From positions 480,001 through 544,000 of the forward strand of contig CAVZSQ010000013.1 in NCBI GenBank assembly GCA_963777955.1: a stretch of 64,000 bases of DNA, given 5' to 3'. The notes beneath the pieces are model-generated. The model ran no database searches. It had not been told where the DNA came from and saw nothing but the letters and a program-made list of their open reading frames with translations. The stretch's first letter is position 1, and every line of letters begins with the position of its first letter. This document shows, piece after piece, positions 22,801 through 31,452 of the stretch. This DNA is from Calditrichia bacterium (GTDB lineage: Bacteria > Calditrichota > Calditrichia > JAJRVZ01). The position numbers and the translations under genes were made by a program.

Positions 22801-25340
22801 CCGGCGTCTCTATAACATTCGCACTGCTGCCGATTAATTCCACCACCGTGCTGTTATCGCTGCTCACTAAATTGTTATTGCCGTCATAGGCACGTACCAC
22901 TACGTTTATATTCACCCCGGCCAGCGCACTGTATACCGCCGGCGTCACCGTGTAGTACGATATGCCTCCCGCTGTTCCCGTCACCGTGAACACTATACTA
23001 TCCGCAGGACTGCTCACTATCACCGCCGCCACCAGGTTCGCACCCGCTACCGCTCCGGTCGTTAACGTCGCCTCCGCTATGCCATTGGCACCGCTGCTCA
23101 CCGTGCGCACTCCCAAACCACCTAAATTTCCGCCGCCGCTTATTACCCGGTATCTGATACTCTCATTATTCACTACATTACCATACGCATCCGTCACCAA
23201 TGAACGCAGTAACTGATCCGTTCCGGCCACCACGCTCACTCCGCTACCGCTCGATACCGACAGGTTCGTCGCCGCATTCGAACTGACCGTCACTACCCCG
23301 CTAACCCCCTGCTTGGCGTGATCTGACTGGCTCCAGCCGGTCAGCGTAAAACTCTCCGCGGTATTGTCATATACCTGAAACGTCGCTACTCCCGCCGTTA
23401 AACTCTGACTCGCCGGCGTCTCTATAACATTGGCACTGCTGCCGATTAATTCCACCACCGTGCTGTTATCGCTGCTCACTAAATTGTTATTGCCGTCATA
23501 GGCACGTACCACTACGTTTATATTCACCCCGGCCAGCGCACTGTATACCGCCGGCGTCACCGTGTAGTACGATATGCCTCCCGGTATCCCCGTTATCGTA
23601 AAACGAAATGAGTCAGACGGGCTGCTGACCAGGATAGCGGTAACCTGGTTCGTACCGGCCGTGGAGCCGGTAGTGAATGTCGCTTCTGCCAAACCATTGA
23701 CATTGGTGATCTTAAAAACGTTGGATGCTCCCTCCAGGTTTCCATTCCCGCTGCGTACAATGAAATTGACAGTTTGGCTGCTTTTAGCGTTACCGAAAGT
23801 ATCCGTAACGGCGACCCGTAAAAGTTGATTTGTACCTGCAATGACAGAACCATTACCGCTCTGGTACAAAAGGGTATCAGCGCCGCCGGCAGCGACTGTT
23901 ACCAGCGCGCTGGTTCCGCTGACCGAGGTATTATATTTACTGCGGGCTGTAAAAGTAAGATTTTCCGCTGCAGAATCTGCAAAAGTAAAACTGGCTACTC
24001 CTGCGCTAAGATTATCTTCCGTCGCACTGAGACGTACGCGGGATCCGGTAGTTAAAAATTCAACGGTTGTGGTATCATCCCAGCTGACCAGGTTATCTCC
24101 GGCATCATAGGCACTGACCGTGACAGACACATTTGTTCCCGCTGTTGTACTCAGCACCGCCGGGACAACAGTATAATAAGCGATCAACTCCGGTAAAACG
24201 GTTACGCTGTATCCGCCATTAGTAGTGTTGACCGCAGAACTGGTACCGATAGCAGCGTCGATAGTGGATGTGAAATTACCTGAGCCGGTCTGCGCTGAAC
24301 CATTTTCCAGAAAAGTAACTACCACGGAATCTTTGATAGCAAAATATGATGTCTTAATTACCAGACTATCACCGGTGGGATAGTACCACCACGAGGCAAA
24401 TTGCGGCGCGGTCGGCCGGCTTTGACTGCGTTGAATAAAATAACTGGAACCGTCAATATTAACGGATACTACAGAAATGGATTCATCCGTAAAAGGGTTG
24501 TTAATCACCACATGATCGGCTTTACCCATATTCGAAGTCGAGGAAGAAATACTGGTAATTCTGTATACATATTCATTGGAAGATGATGCCCGCAGTACCG
24601 TATCCGGGTTTATACTCGCTGTCGCGGAATTTACATCGTCGCCATACCAGATGATAGACATGGAATCCAGAACAGCCGGTGTGTCATTATTGGCGAATTG
24701 CAGACCTATCGTACCATCACTGTTTTCTGTTCCAATCGTGGCTGCCCCGAGTGAATCGTCCATTGCGGCCAGATAGTTGAAAACAAATTCATTGGTGGAT
24801 TCAGATAAAATTATTTGAAAATAATATGAACCGGCCTGAGTGATGTCAACACAGAAGTCGTTCCATTGAACGATAAACTTGCGGTAAGGAGCAGTACCGA
24901 TCGTTTGATAATAAACGTCAGAAAACGCAGTCTCCGCTGCGGAATCTTATTGCACTCCAGCCAGCTGCCATGATATTATTAGGTACATTAACATTTGGAA
25001 CGCCGTCATCATTCTGGTCCTCATAACTGGTGGCGATAGAAGTGAAATCGATGAATCCACCTGTACTGATCCACACCTGAGAATAATCTGTGCCATAATA
25101 ATTAAAGTTAAAACCGATCGATATGGGGCCCCTGAAGTCATCCGAGACTACAAAATCTGCCTGTGATCCCGCCAGCACATCTTGCCAGGTGAAAGGTATT
25201 GTAGCACCACTGGCCAGCGAGGTTTTCCAGCGGTAACCATAACTATCCGGGCCTCCGCTGGGCGATGTAGCCAGTTGGGCAATTGCAGCAGTACTGAGTG
25301 AAAGTACTATCAGAATTGATAATATCTTCGCAAGTTTCAT
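7836..25340 (-). CDS. Giant (~5,800 aa) secreted Ig-like repeat surface protein/adhesin with C-terminal FlgD-Ig/T9SS-type sorting domain (reconstructed across several frameshifts)
   Basis: Sec signal MKLAKILSIL...AIA and GGPDSYGY/nidogen-like N-domain continuing across ~24930 (VYYQTIGTAPYRKFIVQW). ORFs 18821-24763, 10582-18789, 8895-10691 and 8243-8554 are consecutive pieces; the junctions I checked (~24930, ~18820, ~10700) read through on a shifted frame. C-terminus reads FRNYPNPF...IEIRIFTLTGGLVW...KWDGKNDRG...KIAYLK-stop (stop at 7836). Confidence 0.75.
20237..23583 (-). repeat. Intragenic tandem array: ~5.5 near-identical copies of a 612-bp (204-aa, two Ig-like/Big_1 domains) unit
   Basis: Exact 612-bp period, also shown by identical antisense ORFs at 20514, 21126, 21738, 22350 and 22962. 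A diverged extra unit lies at ~23584-24190. Confidence 0.97.
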
Positions 25341-25352
25341 AGTTATATCTCA

Positions 25353-25877
25353 CTACTTGTTAAGCGTTATTATATTTCCCCTGCCGGTCACGGTTGCTGC
25401 AAAAACGCCATTGGGCAGCAGGGTTTCGACCATAACCGAATTTTGCTGGTTTGCTTCGGAAATTTGTTTTTCATTTAAATTCAACTGTATTTCCAGCGTC
25501 AGAGCATAAGGATCTGTATAGACAAAAGGATATACCCGCAGGGTGCCGGTGGAGTCCGTATAATTCCAGGCCAGCACATTATCGCGGGCAGCATTTTCCA
25601 TCGACTGGATCAGCCAGAGTGCCTCTCCGGATTTTTCCGCGTAGAGCAGGGTAAGTTTCCCCGGAATACCTTCCAACCGTATATCGATATTTTCTACAGT
25701 GGTTACGCCGGTGGTATTAATACGCAGGCGTAATGATTGCGGTTCTGGATTGGACTGGAGATCTGTAGTCAGAACTTCATATTCAACCAGAGCTGTGGAC
25801 GGAATCTGATTTTGTGCAGGTAGGACATTGTATAAAAACAAAAAAATTATCCCTACGAATAATACTCTGGACGACAT
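25353..25877 (-). CDS. Secreted hypothetical protein, first gene of the giant-protein operon
   Basis: 174 aa with N-terminal signal-like segment and beta-rich body. GGAG RBS, and the stop is 12 nt before the giant gene start. Confidence 0.65.
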   Translation of the reverse strand: MSSRVLFVGIIFLFLYNVLPAQNQIPSTALVEYEVLTTDLQSNPEPQSLRLRINTTGVTTVENIDIRLEGIPGKLTLLYAEKSGEALWLIQSMENAARDNVLAWNYTDSTGTLRVYPFVYTDPYALTLEIQLNLNEKQISEANQQNSVMVETLLPNGVFAATVTGRGNIITLNK

Positions 25878-26091
25878 TATGTTGTACTCCTTATTTTTAT
25901 AAAAAATACAATACTTGATAAAGCAATTTTACATATTCGTGTCATCGTAGTGGTGATAAAAAGCACATTTCACAGTCAGGATTATTTACTGAGATTCGGC
26001 ATTGTTTTCATTAAGTTTAACGAATATTTCACTTAAAAAACAGAAGCGAAAGAAAAAACCACCTTTTTACAGGTTTTTAGGAGGGTGATGT

Positions 26092-27240
26092 TTATTTTAA
26101 TATGGCACGGAGCAGGATCAGGAATTCTTTCCCGTCATTTTCAACCAGTTTTTTATTTTTTATAGCTTTATCAAAATCAGGATTGATTTCCAGTGCCCGG
26201 TTAAATTCATTCAGCGCCTGCAGAAACAGATTCCGGCATTGAATAAGATGGACTACCCCCAGATTATTCCACAGATCGGCATATTCGGCATTCTGCTCGA
26301 TGGCGGATTTCAAGCGGTACTCGTAACGCTTAATAGTTTCCATATCGAGTCCCTTACCGCCGTACATAAATTTTAAATAAAAATTGGTAGAAATAAGATT
26401 GCTGACATCTTTCAGGAAAATTCTTTTGCGGTTTTCTTCCAGTAACTGAATAATCTGTTCGACTTTATTCTGATTGACCAGTTTCAGGGCTTTATCATAA
26501 ACCACATCGAATATTTTTATATTTTTATCCTTTAACTGATCAAGATGCTCCATCGCCCGTTGAATACGGATGGAAGGGGGGGGCAGAAAATGGTTATCAT
26601 TGGAGTTTAAAGTACTGCGCAGATACAGCGAGGCAATATTATAATGTGCCTCCAGATAATTTTTATTCTGTTTGATCGCTTTCTTGAACTCGCGCAGAGC
26701 CGCCTCATACTGATTATCCATCATCAGGGCAAACCCGTAATTATTCAACATATCCGTGAAATGTTCCCCTTTCAGCATACCCTGGCGCAGGATCTCTACA
26801 GCCTTGGTATGATTTCCTGACTGAGTATAAGCCTGGCCGAGGTTATTATATCCCTCCAGGTTATGCGGATTGATTTCAATAGCCAGTTGAAAATGCTTGA
26901 TGGCATCTTCGGCCAGATTATTCTGCAGGAATAAAATCCCGATTTTATTGTGTGAACTGCAATGCCTGATCTGCATAACTTTTTCTGAAATTTTGAACAA
27001 GAGATCAACTTCATTGATCATCTCATTATGCATCGATTCGACAATAACTTTCAGGCGGTCTTCCACCGAATCACGGCGATCACCTTTACGTCTTTCAAAA
27101 TCTACCGTGGTAGCCGTAATTACACGTCCGTCTTCATACACTTCACAACGGATTTTCCCCTTGCTGGAGTTGGTGGAAGTTTGAAAGTGGAATTTTCGTC
27201 CGAACACTTCCAGATTATCATTAAATCCTATCTCTGACAT
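26092..27240 (-). CDS. Cytoplasmic TPR-repeat protein with uncharacterised N-terminal domain
   Basis: 382 aa with multiple TPR motifs (EGYNNLGQAY, EAHYNIASLY, ADLWNNLGVVH, ALEINPDF) and no signal peptide. Confidence 0.8.
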   Translation of the reverse strand: MSEIGFNDNLEVFGRKFHFQTSTNSSKGKIRCEVYEDGRVITATTVDFERRKGDRRDSVEDRLKVIVESMHNEMINEVDLLFKISEKVMQIRHCSSHNKIGILFLQNNLAEDAIKHFQLAIEINPHNLEGYNNLGQAYTQSGNHTKAVEILRQGMLKGEHFTDMLNNYGFALMMDNQYEAALREFKKAIKQNKNYLEAHYNIASLYLRSTLNSNDNHFLPPPSIRIQRAMEHLDQLKDKNIKIFDVVYDKALKLVNQNKVEQIIQLLEENRKRIFLKDVSNLISTNFYLKFMYGGKGLDMETIKRYEYRLKSAIEQNAEYADLWNNLGVVHLIQCRNLFLQALNEFNRALEINPDFDKAIKNKKLVENDGKEFLILLRAILK

Positions 27241-27303
27241 GCTCTGTTATCCTAAAATTCGAATTTGAACCTTTTATGGTATACGGATACTATTTATGAT
27301 TCC

Positions 27304-28971
27304 CTACTGGGTTATCACTCGGGTAATTTCTTTCTGCAAGTCAACATCCCGACGGGCCGAATTCAGATACAAGCGCATTTGATTGCGGCCCATATTCTTG
27401 GCTTCATACAGAGCCTGATCGGCGCGCTGAATCAATTCATCCGGATTACGGGCGTCATCCGGAAAAGTCGCACCGCCCAGGCTGACGGTCAGTTTACCAT
27501 CAGGTTGTACTCGTTCTTTATAAAACACATGACTTTCAATTTTCTGTCGCAGACGTTCGCCCAGAATCTCCATGCTGCTTTTCGAGATCCCCGGCAGGAT
27601 AATGCAGAATTCTTCCCCGCCGTACCGGGAGACAATATCTTCATCACGTACGGCTGCTTTTAAAACTTTACCCAGGCTGCGCAGGGCCTCATCTCCGGCC
27701 TGGTGTCCCAGGGTATCATTATAATTTTTAAAATGATCAATATCAATAATCAGCAGGGACACCTTGGATTTATTACGGCGACCCCGGTTTAATTCTTCCT
27801 TTAAGCGGATCGAGAAATAACGGTAATTATGCAAATTAGTCATCGCATCGGTCAGGGATAAGTTTTTAACTTCTTCATAATGCAGGGCATTCTCGATCGA
27901 GATGGAAATAATGTTTATCAGTACATGAAATAATTCGTAATCACTCTGGGAAAATGAATGCCCGTATAATTTCTCACCGATTCCGATAATCCCCTGCAGA
28001 CGTCCCTGGATAAGGATAGGAGCAATCAGGTATAAACCAATTCTTTTAAGTTTTTTGGTATAGGCGTTCAGCACATATTCTTTTTCTAAATCTTCGACAA
28101 ACAGAGGGGTTCCCCTTTTTAGCAGATATTTGGCTATGGGTGTTTCAATCTTAAATTTAAGAATTTCCACATCCCGTTCTTTGAACCCTTTCTGAAAATT
28201 ATGACTGAAAGTATGCGTGCCGGCTTCATACATCAAGGCCAGCGCATTCTGGATACCCAGTTGGCCGATTATGGTCAGCAAGGCAGAGTTAATCAACTGT
28301 TTAAAATTTAAGATGGAATAGATCTCATTGCTGGCTTCGACCAGGTTGTGCAGATCATATACTTTTCGTTTTACTGCTTTTTCCGCAATCTGCAGCGAGT
28401 TTGCGCTCTCCAGCAGGGATTTATGCAGAATCGCGATTTGTTCCTTTAAACCTGCTCTGGCCACTGATTCCTGATGGGACTTGAGCAAACGGGAAATAAT
28501 GAGATAAAAAAGGTTATAATAATTCGCACGGTACTTTTTATTTGCAATTCTTAAAATATAATAAAATTCGTCCTGTAACTGAAAATAAAGAAATTCACTC
28601 TGGAACTCATTCTCCGGATTGGATTTTTCGGCTCCGTCATAAATACCCAGCTGATTCGTGAAAATATCATTAAAATGCCGGATAAAATAACCTGACTTTT
28701 TCAGATGCAGCGGTTTTTTCGCCAGCAGGTCCAGCCAATGCTCCGGAGTATCTTTGCGGACACCGTATAGATCAAGGCTGAGCGATGTGAATTTTGAAAT
28801 CTTTTCGAAGGCCCGGATCAGATGAATATTCAGATCAATGTTAGAGATCACATTTTGATCCGGCAGAGCCAGATAAGTATCGCTGAGAATAAAATCGTTA
28901 AATAGATGCGCCTGCTGATTCAGCAAGGGCAGGAAATCAAAACGTAGAATTTTTTTAAAAATACTTTTCAT
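27304..28971 (-). CDS. GAF-GGDEF diguanylate cyclase
   Basis: TDAMTNLHNYRY, DIDHFKNYNDTLGHQAGD, RxxD I-site (RDED) followed by RYGGEEF, ADQALYEAK..GRN. GAF-like segment upstream. Confidence 0.92.
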   Translation of the reverse strand: MKSIFKKILRFDFLPLLNQQAHLFNDFILSDTYLALPDQNVISNIDLNIHLIRAFEKISKFTSLSLDLYGVRKDTPEHWLDLLAKKPLHLKKSGYFIRHFNDIFTNQLGIYDGAEKSNPENEFQSEFLYFQLQDEFYYILRIANKKYRANYYNLFYLIISRLLKSHQESVARAGLKEQIAILHKSLLESANSLQIAEKAVKRKVYDLHNLVEASNEIYSILNFKQLINSALLTIIGQLGIQNALALMYEAGTHTFSHNFQKGFKERDVEILKFKIETPIAKYLLKRGTPLFVEDLEKEYVLNAYTKKLKRIGLYLIAPILIQGRLQGIIGIGEKLYGHSFSQSDYELFHVLINIISISIENALHYEEVKNLSLTDAMTNLHNYRYFSIRLKEELNRGRRNKSKVSLLIIDIDHFKNYNDTLGHQAGDEALRSLGKVLKAAVRDEDIVSRYGGEEFCIILPGISKSSMEILGERLRQKIESHVFYKERVQPDGKLTVSLGGATFPDDARNPDELIQRADQALYEAKNMGRNQMRLYLNSARRDVDLQKEITRVITQ

Positions 28972-29047
28972 CCAGGCTATGTTATTCCGTTTAGGTAATG
29001 TCCTGCCTCTGGCCCACGCTCGAAGATTTTCTTCGGACTAATCTGCG

Positions 29048-29066
29048 GTATCAATTGAATTGATAC
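29048..29066. promoter_or_regulatory. Perfect 9-1-9 palindrome upstream of the diguanylate cyclase (possible operator)
   Basis: GTATCAATT-G-AATTGATAC, ~77 nt upstream of the start codon at 28971. Confidence 0.4.
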
Positions 29067-29273
29067 AAATATATTTAAATGTATATCACTGTCCTAAATA
29101 TACTACCAAAATCAGTCCAGTTAAAGTACAAACTCGTAGTCCTTACAATACACTCATTTAGTATCGGCATTTAAAAACAGTAAGATTAATAATTTAATTT
29201 AACTTTCGGCAGGCAGTGATATTTTAAAGAATTGAATTTACGTGTCTTCGCTGCGGAAAACCGGACACGATTG

Positions 29274-30563
29274 TCAATTAAAAGTAACGTGGTATACCAC
29301 CGGGATTTCTTTTCTCAGTTTTTCCATCCATTTAACATATTCCAGTTCAATTTTATGATTAAGAGCAATTTGTTGTATTTGATCCCAATCGTTTTCCAGG
29401 GTGAGCTGCCGCGGTTCTTTCCGCCAGTTCAGCCTGAGGATATGATAACCGTAATCCGTTTTAAATGGCGTACTTACTTCGCCGGGGGTCAATTTATCTA
29501 TAATTTCCTTAAAAGCCGGGATTGCCAGTTTGTCAGTTTCCCAGTCACCCAGATTCCCTTTGTCTTTTTCAACATTCTCATCCTCTGAATACAGCACCGC
29601 CAGGCTATCAAAACTGGCACCGGCTAAAATTTCCTGCCGGAGCGTATTCAGGAAATCGACAACTTTTTGCGCATCTTCGACTCCCGGGCGAACCTGTAAC
29701 AGAATATGACTTGTACGGATTTGCTCACCGCGACGTTCATTCAGTTTGATAATATGAAATCCGAATTGAGTTTGTACGATATCGGATATCTGGCCGACGC
29801 TCAGGGCGAACGCTGCTTCTTCAAATTCTTTAACAAAATCACCCCGTTTGGTGAATCCCAGGTCTCCGTCTCTTTTCGCCGTGGCCGGATCTTCAGAATA
29901 TTCTTTGGCCAGTTCTGCGAAGTTACCCCCTTCGTCCAATTTTCTTTTAATCTCGCGCATTCTGACCAGCGCTGCCTGTGTGCTGCTTTCTCCCGGTTTA
30001 ACCTGCCTGAGAATATGGCTGATATTGACTGTTTCCTTCAGAACCGGCAGGCTGTCGCGATACGATTGATAAAATTTTTCTATTTCCCGGCGTGAAACCT
30101 TGACTTCCTGGAATTTCGTACGCCGCAGCATTTCGATTTTCATGCGCTCAATGGTTTCCTTGCGCAAATCCTTGCGGATCTTGCGCATGGGACTTTGAAA
30201 AGATTCTTCTAATTTACCTTCGGAACCGACCTGCTGGATCAGATAAGCGATATGTTCCTCAACCCTCTTGTCAACATCCCGGTCATCCACTTTAACAGTA
30301 TCTTCGTCTGCTTTGGCCAGCATAATTTTTTGTTCGATCATTTTCTCCAATACCTGTTTTTGCAGATCCTGCAGGAGTTTTATATCGCCGCGAATGTTCA
30401 ACTTATTCTGCAGCGCATAATTCTGCACAAATTGTTCAATTTCCGATCTTAAAATTATCTCCTGGCCGACCGTAGCAGCGATCCCTTCGATCGTTTGCTG
30501 GGCCAAACCGCTGCTGCTGAATAACATAAGCAGACCGAGAAGCCTGTAGATTAGTCGTGTCAT
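29274..30563 (-). CDS. surA: SurA-like periplasmic chaperone/peptidyl-prolyl isomerase with two parvulin domains
   Basis: Signal peptide, SurA N-domain (IAATVGQEIILRSE) and two rotamase motifs (FAELAKEYSED...GDLG...TQFGFHII; FDSLAVLYSED...TDYGYHIL). Confidence 0.85.
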   Translation of the reverse strand: MTRLIYRLLGLLMLFSSSGLAQQTIEGIAATVGQEIILRSEIEQFVQNYALQNKLNIRGDIKLLQDLQKQVLEKMIEQKIMLAKADEDTVKVDDRDVDKRVEEHIAYLIQQVGSEGKLEESFQSPMRKIRKDLRKETIERMKIEMLRRTKFQEVKVSRREIEKFYQSYRDSLPVLKETVNISHILRQVKPGESSTQAALVRMREIKRKLDEGGNFAELAKEYSEDPATAKRDGDLGFTKRGDFVKEFEEAAFALSVGQISDIVQTQFGFHIIKLNERRGEQIRTSHILLQVRPGVEDAQKVVDFLNTLRQEILAGASFDSLAVLYSEDENVEKDKGNLGDWETDKLAIPAFKEIIDKLTPGEVSTPFKTDYGYHILRLNWRKEPRQLTLENDWDQIQQIALNHKIELEYVKWMEKLRKEIPVVYHVTFN

Positions 30564-30573
30564 GTTCGAATCA

Positions 30574-31443
30574 TTACTCCTGTTGATTTAATTTGCTGAG
30601 ATCGGTTTGGATGGTAAATTTGGGCTGAAGATTTTGTTTTAGTTTTTCTATCTCTTTCAACCGCTGCTCGATTTTTAAGCGCATCACGATCTCAGCTTTG
30701 ACTACTTCCAGCTCCTGCTGAGCGCCTGCGGGCTGGAGATCGATAACCTGGATATAGTGATACCCATAGTCCGTTTTAATCGGTCCGCGGATGGCGCCGG
30801 TTGGAGCCTGTTTGATGGTCTGGACTAAACGCGGCGGCAATTCGCTTAATTTTATATAACCCAGGTCACCAATCGGCCGCCAGGCACTTGACTGCTGGTC
30901 CATGAAGTTGTTTTTAATGACCTCAATTAAATTTACGCTCTTGCTGATTTCTTCCTTGATAGTCTGATCATCGGTATCCAGGATAAGATGAATCAGATGT
31001 GCGTACTCATCCTGCCACACGAATTCCCGGCGGTGTTGATTATAATAATTCTCGATTTCCTGATCCAGCGGCCGGTAATTCAGATTTACATATTTATCCA
31101 GGTATTTTCCAACCAGCAGGCTGCGGCGGTAATTCTCAACCTGTTGTACTTCATCATCACTTAAAGATATACCTTCGTTCATGGCCGTCTGATAGAATAT
31201 TTCGTCTTCAATCCATTTTTCCACCAATTTGCGCTTGAGTGCGGCCGCAACCTCAACCGTGACAGTTTGTGGTATGGCTATTTCCAAATCCCTGGTCGTC
31301 ATCCGGGCCAGATTGACCTGGGCAACAACATCAGCCTTCATTTGTTCTTTTTTTGAACAGGAGATAAAGCCGCAGGTGGCTAGCCCCAGTGCCAGCGCTA
31401 GCACCGCCGCTAAAAATATTTTTATTGGTATTTTTATCCGCAT
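30574..31443 (-). CDS. PpiC-type peptidyl-prolyl isomerase, probable lipoprotein
   Basis: Hydrophobic N-terminus with FISC lipobox-like site, and GDLGY...GPIKTDYGYHYI parvulin motif. Confidence 0.75.
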   Translation of the reverse strand: MRIKIPIKIFLAAVLALALGLATCGFISCSKKEQMKADVVAQVNLARMTTRDLEIAIPQTVTVEVAAALKRKLVEKWIEDEIFYQTAMNEGISLSDDEVQQVENYRRSLLVGKYLDKYVNLNYRPLDQEIENYYNQHRREFVWQDEYAHLIHLILDTDDQTIKEEISKSVNLIEVIKNNFMDQQSSAWRPIGDLGYIKLSELPPRLVQTIKQAPTGAIRGPIKTDYGYHYIQVIDLQPAGAQQELEVVKAEIVMRLKIEQRLKEIEKLKQNLQPKFTIQTDLSKLNQQE

Positions 31444-31452
31444 GTCGAACTT

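Noticed and set aside
20237..23583. Tandem array considered as a CRISPR array or a DGR template/variable repeat pair
   Set aside because: Units are 612 bp, contiguous and in-frame with no spacers. Differences are synonymous rather than adenine-specific, and there is no cas or reverse transcriptase gene in the window.
20514..23828. Six repeated 84-aa plus-strand ORFs (MPPAVPVTVNT...)
   Set aside because: They are antisense shadows of the 612-bp coding repeat, with no RBS or independent coding signal.
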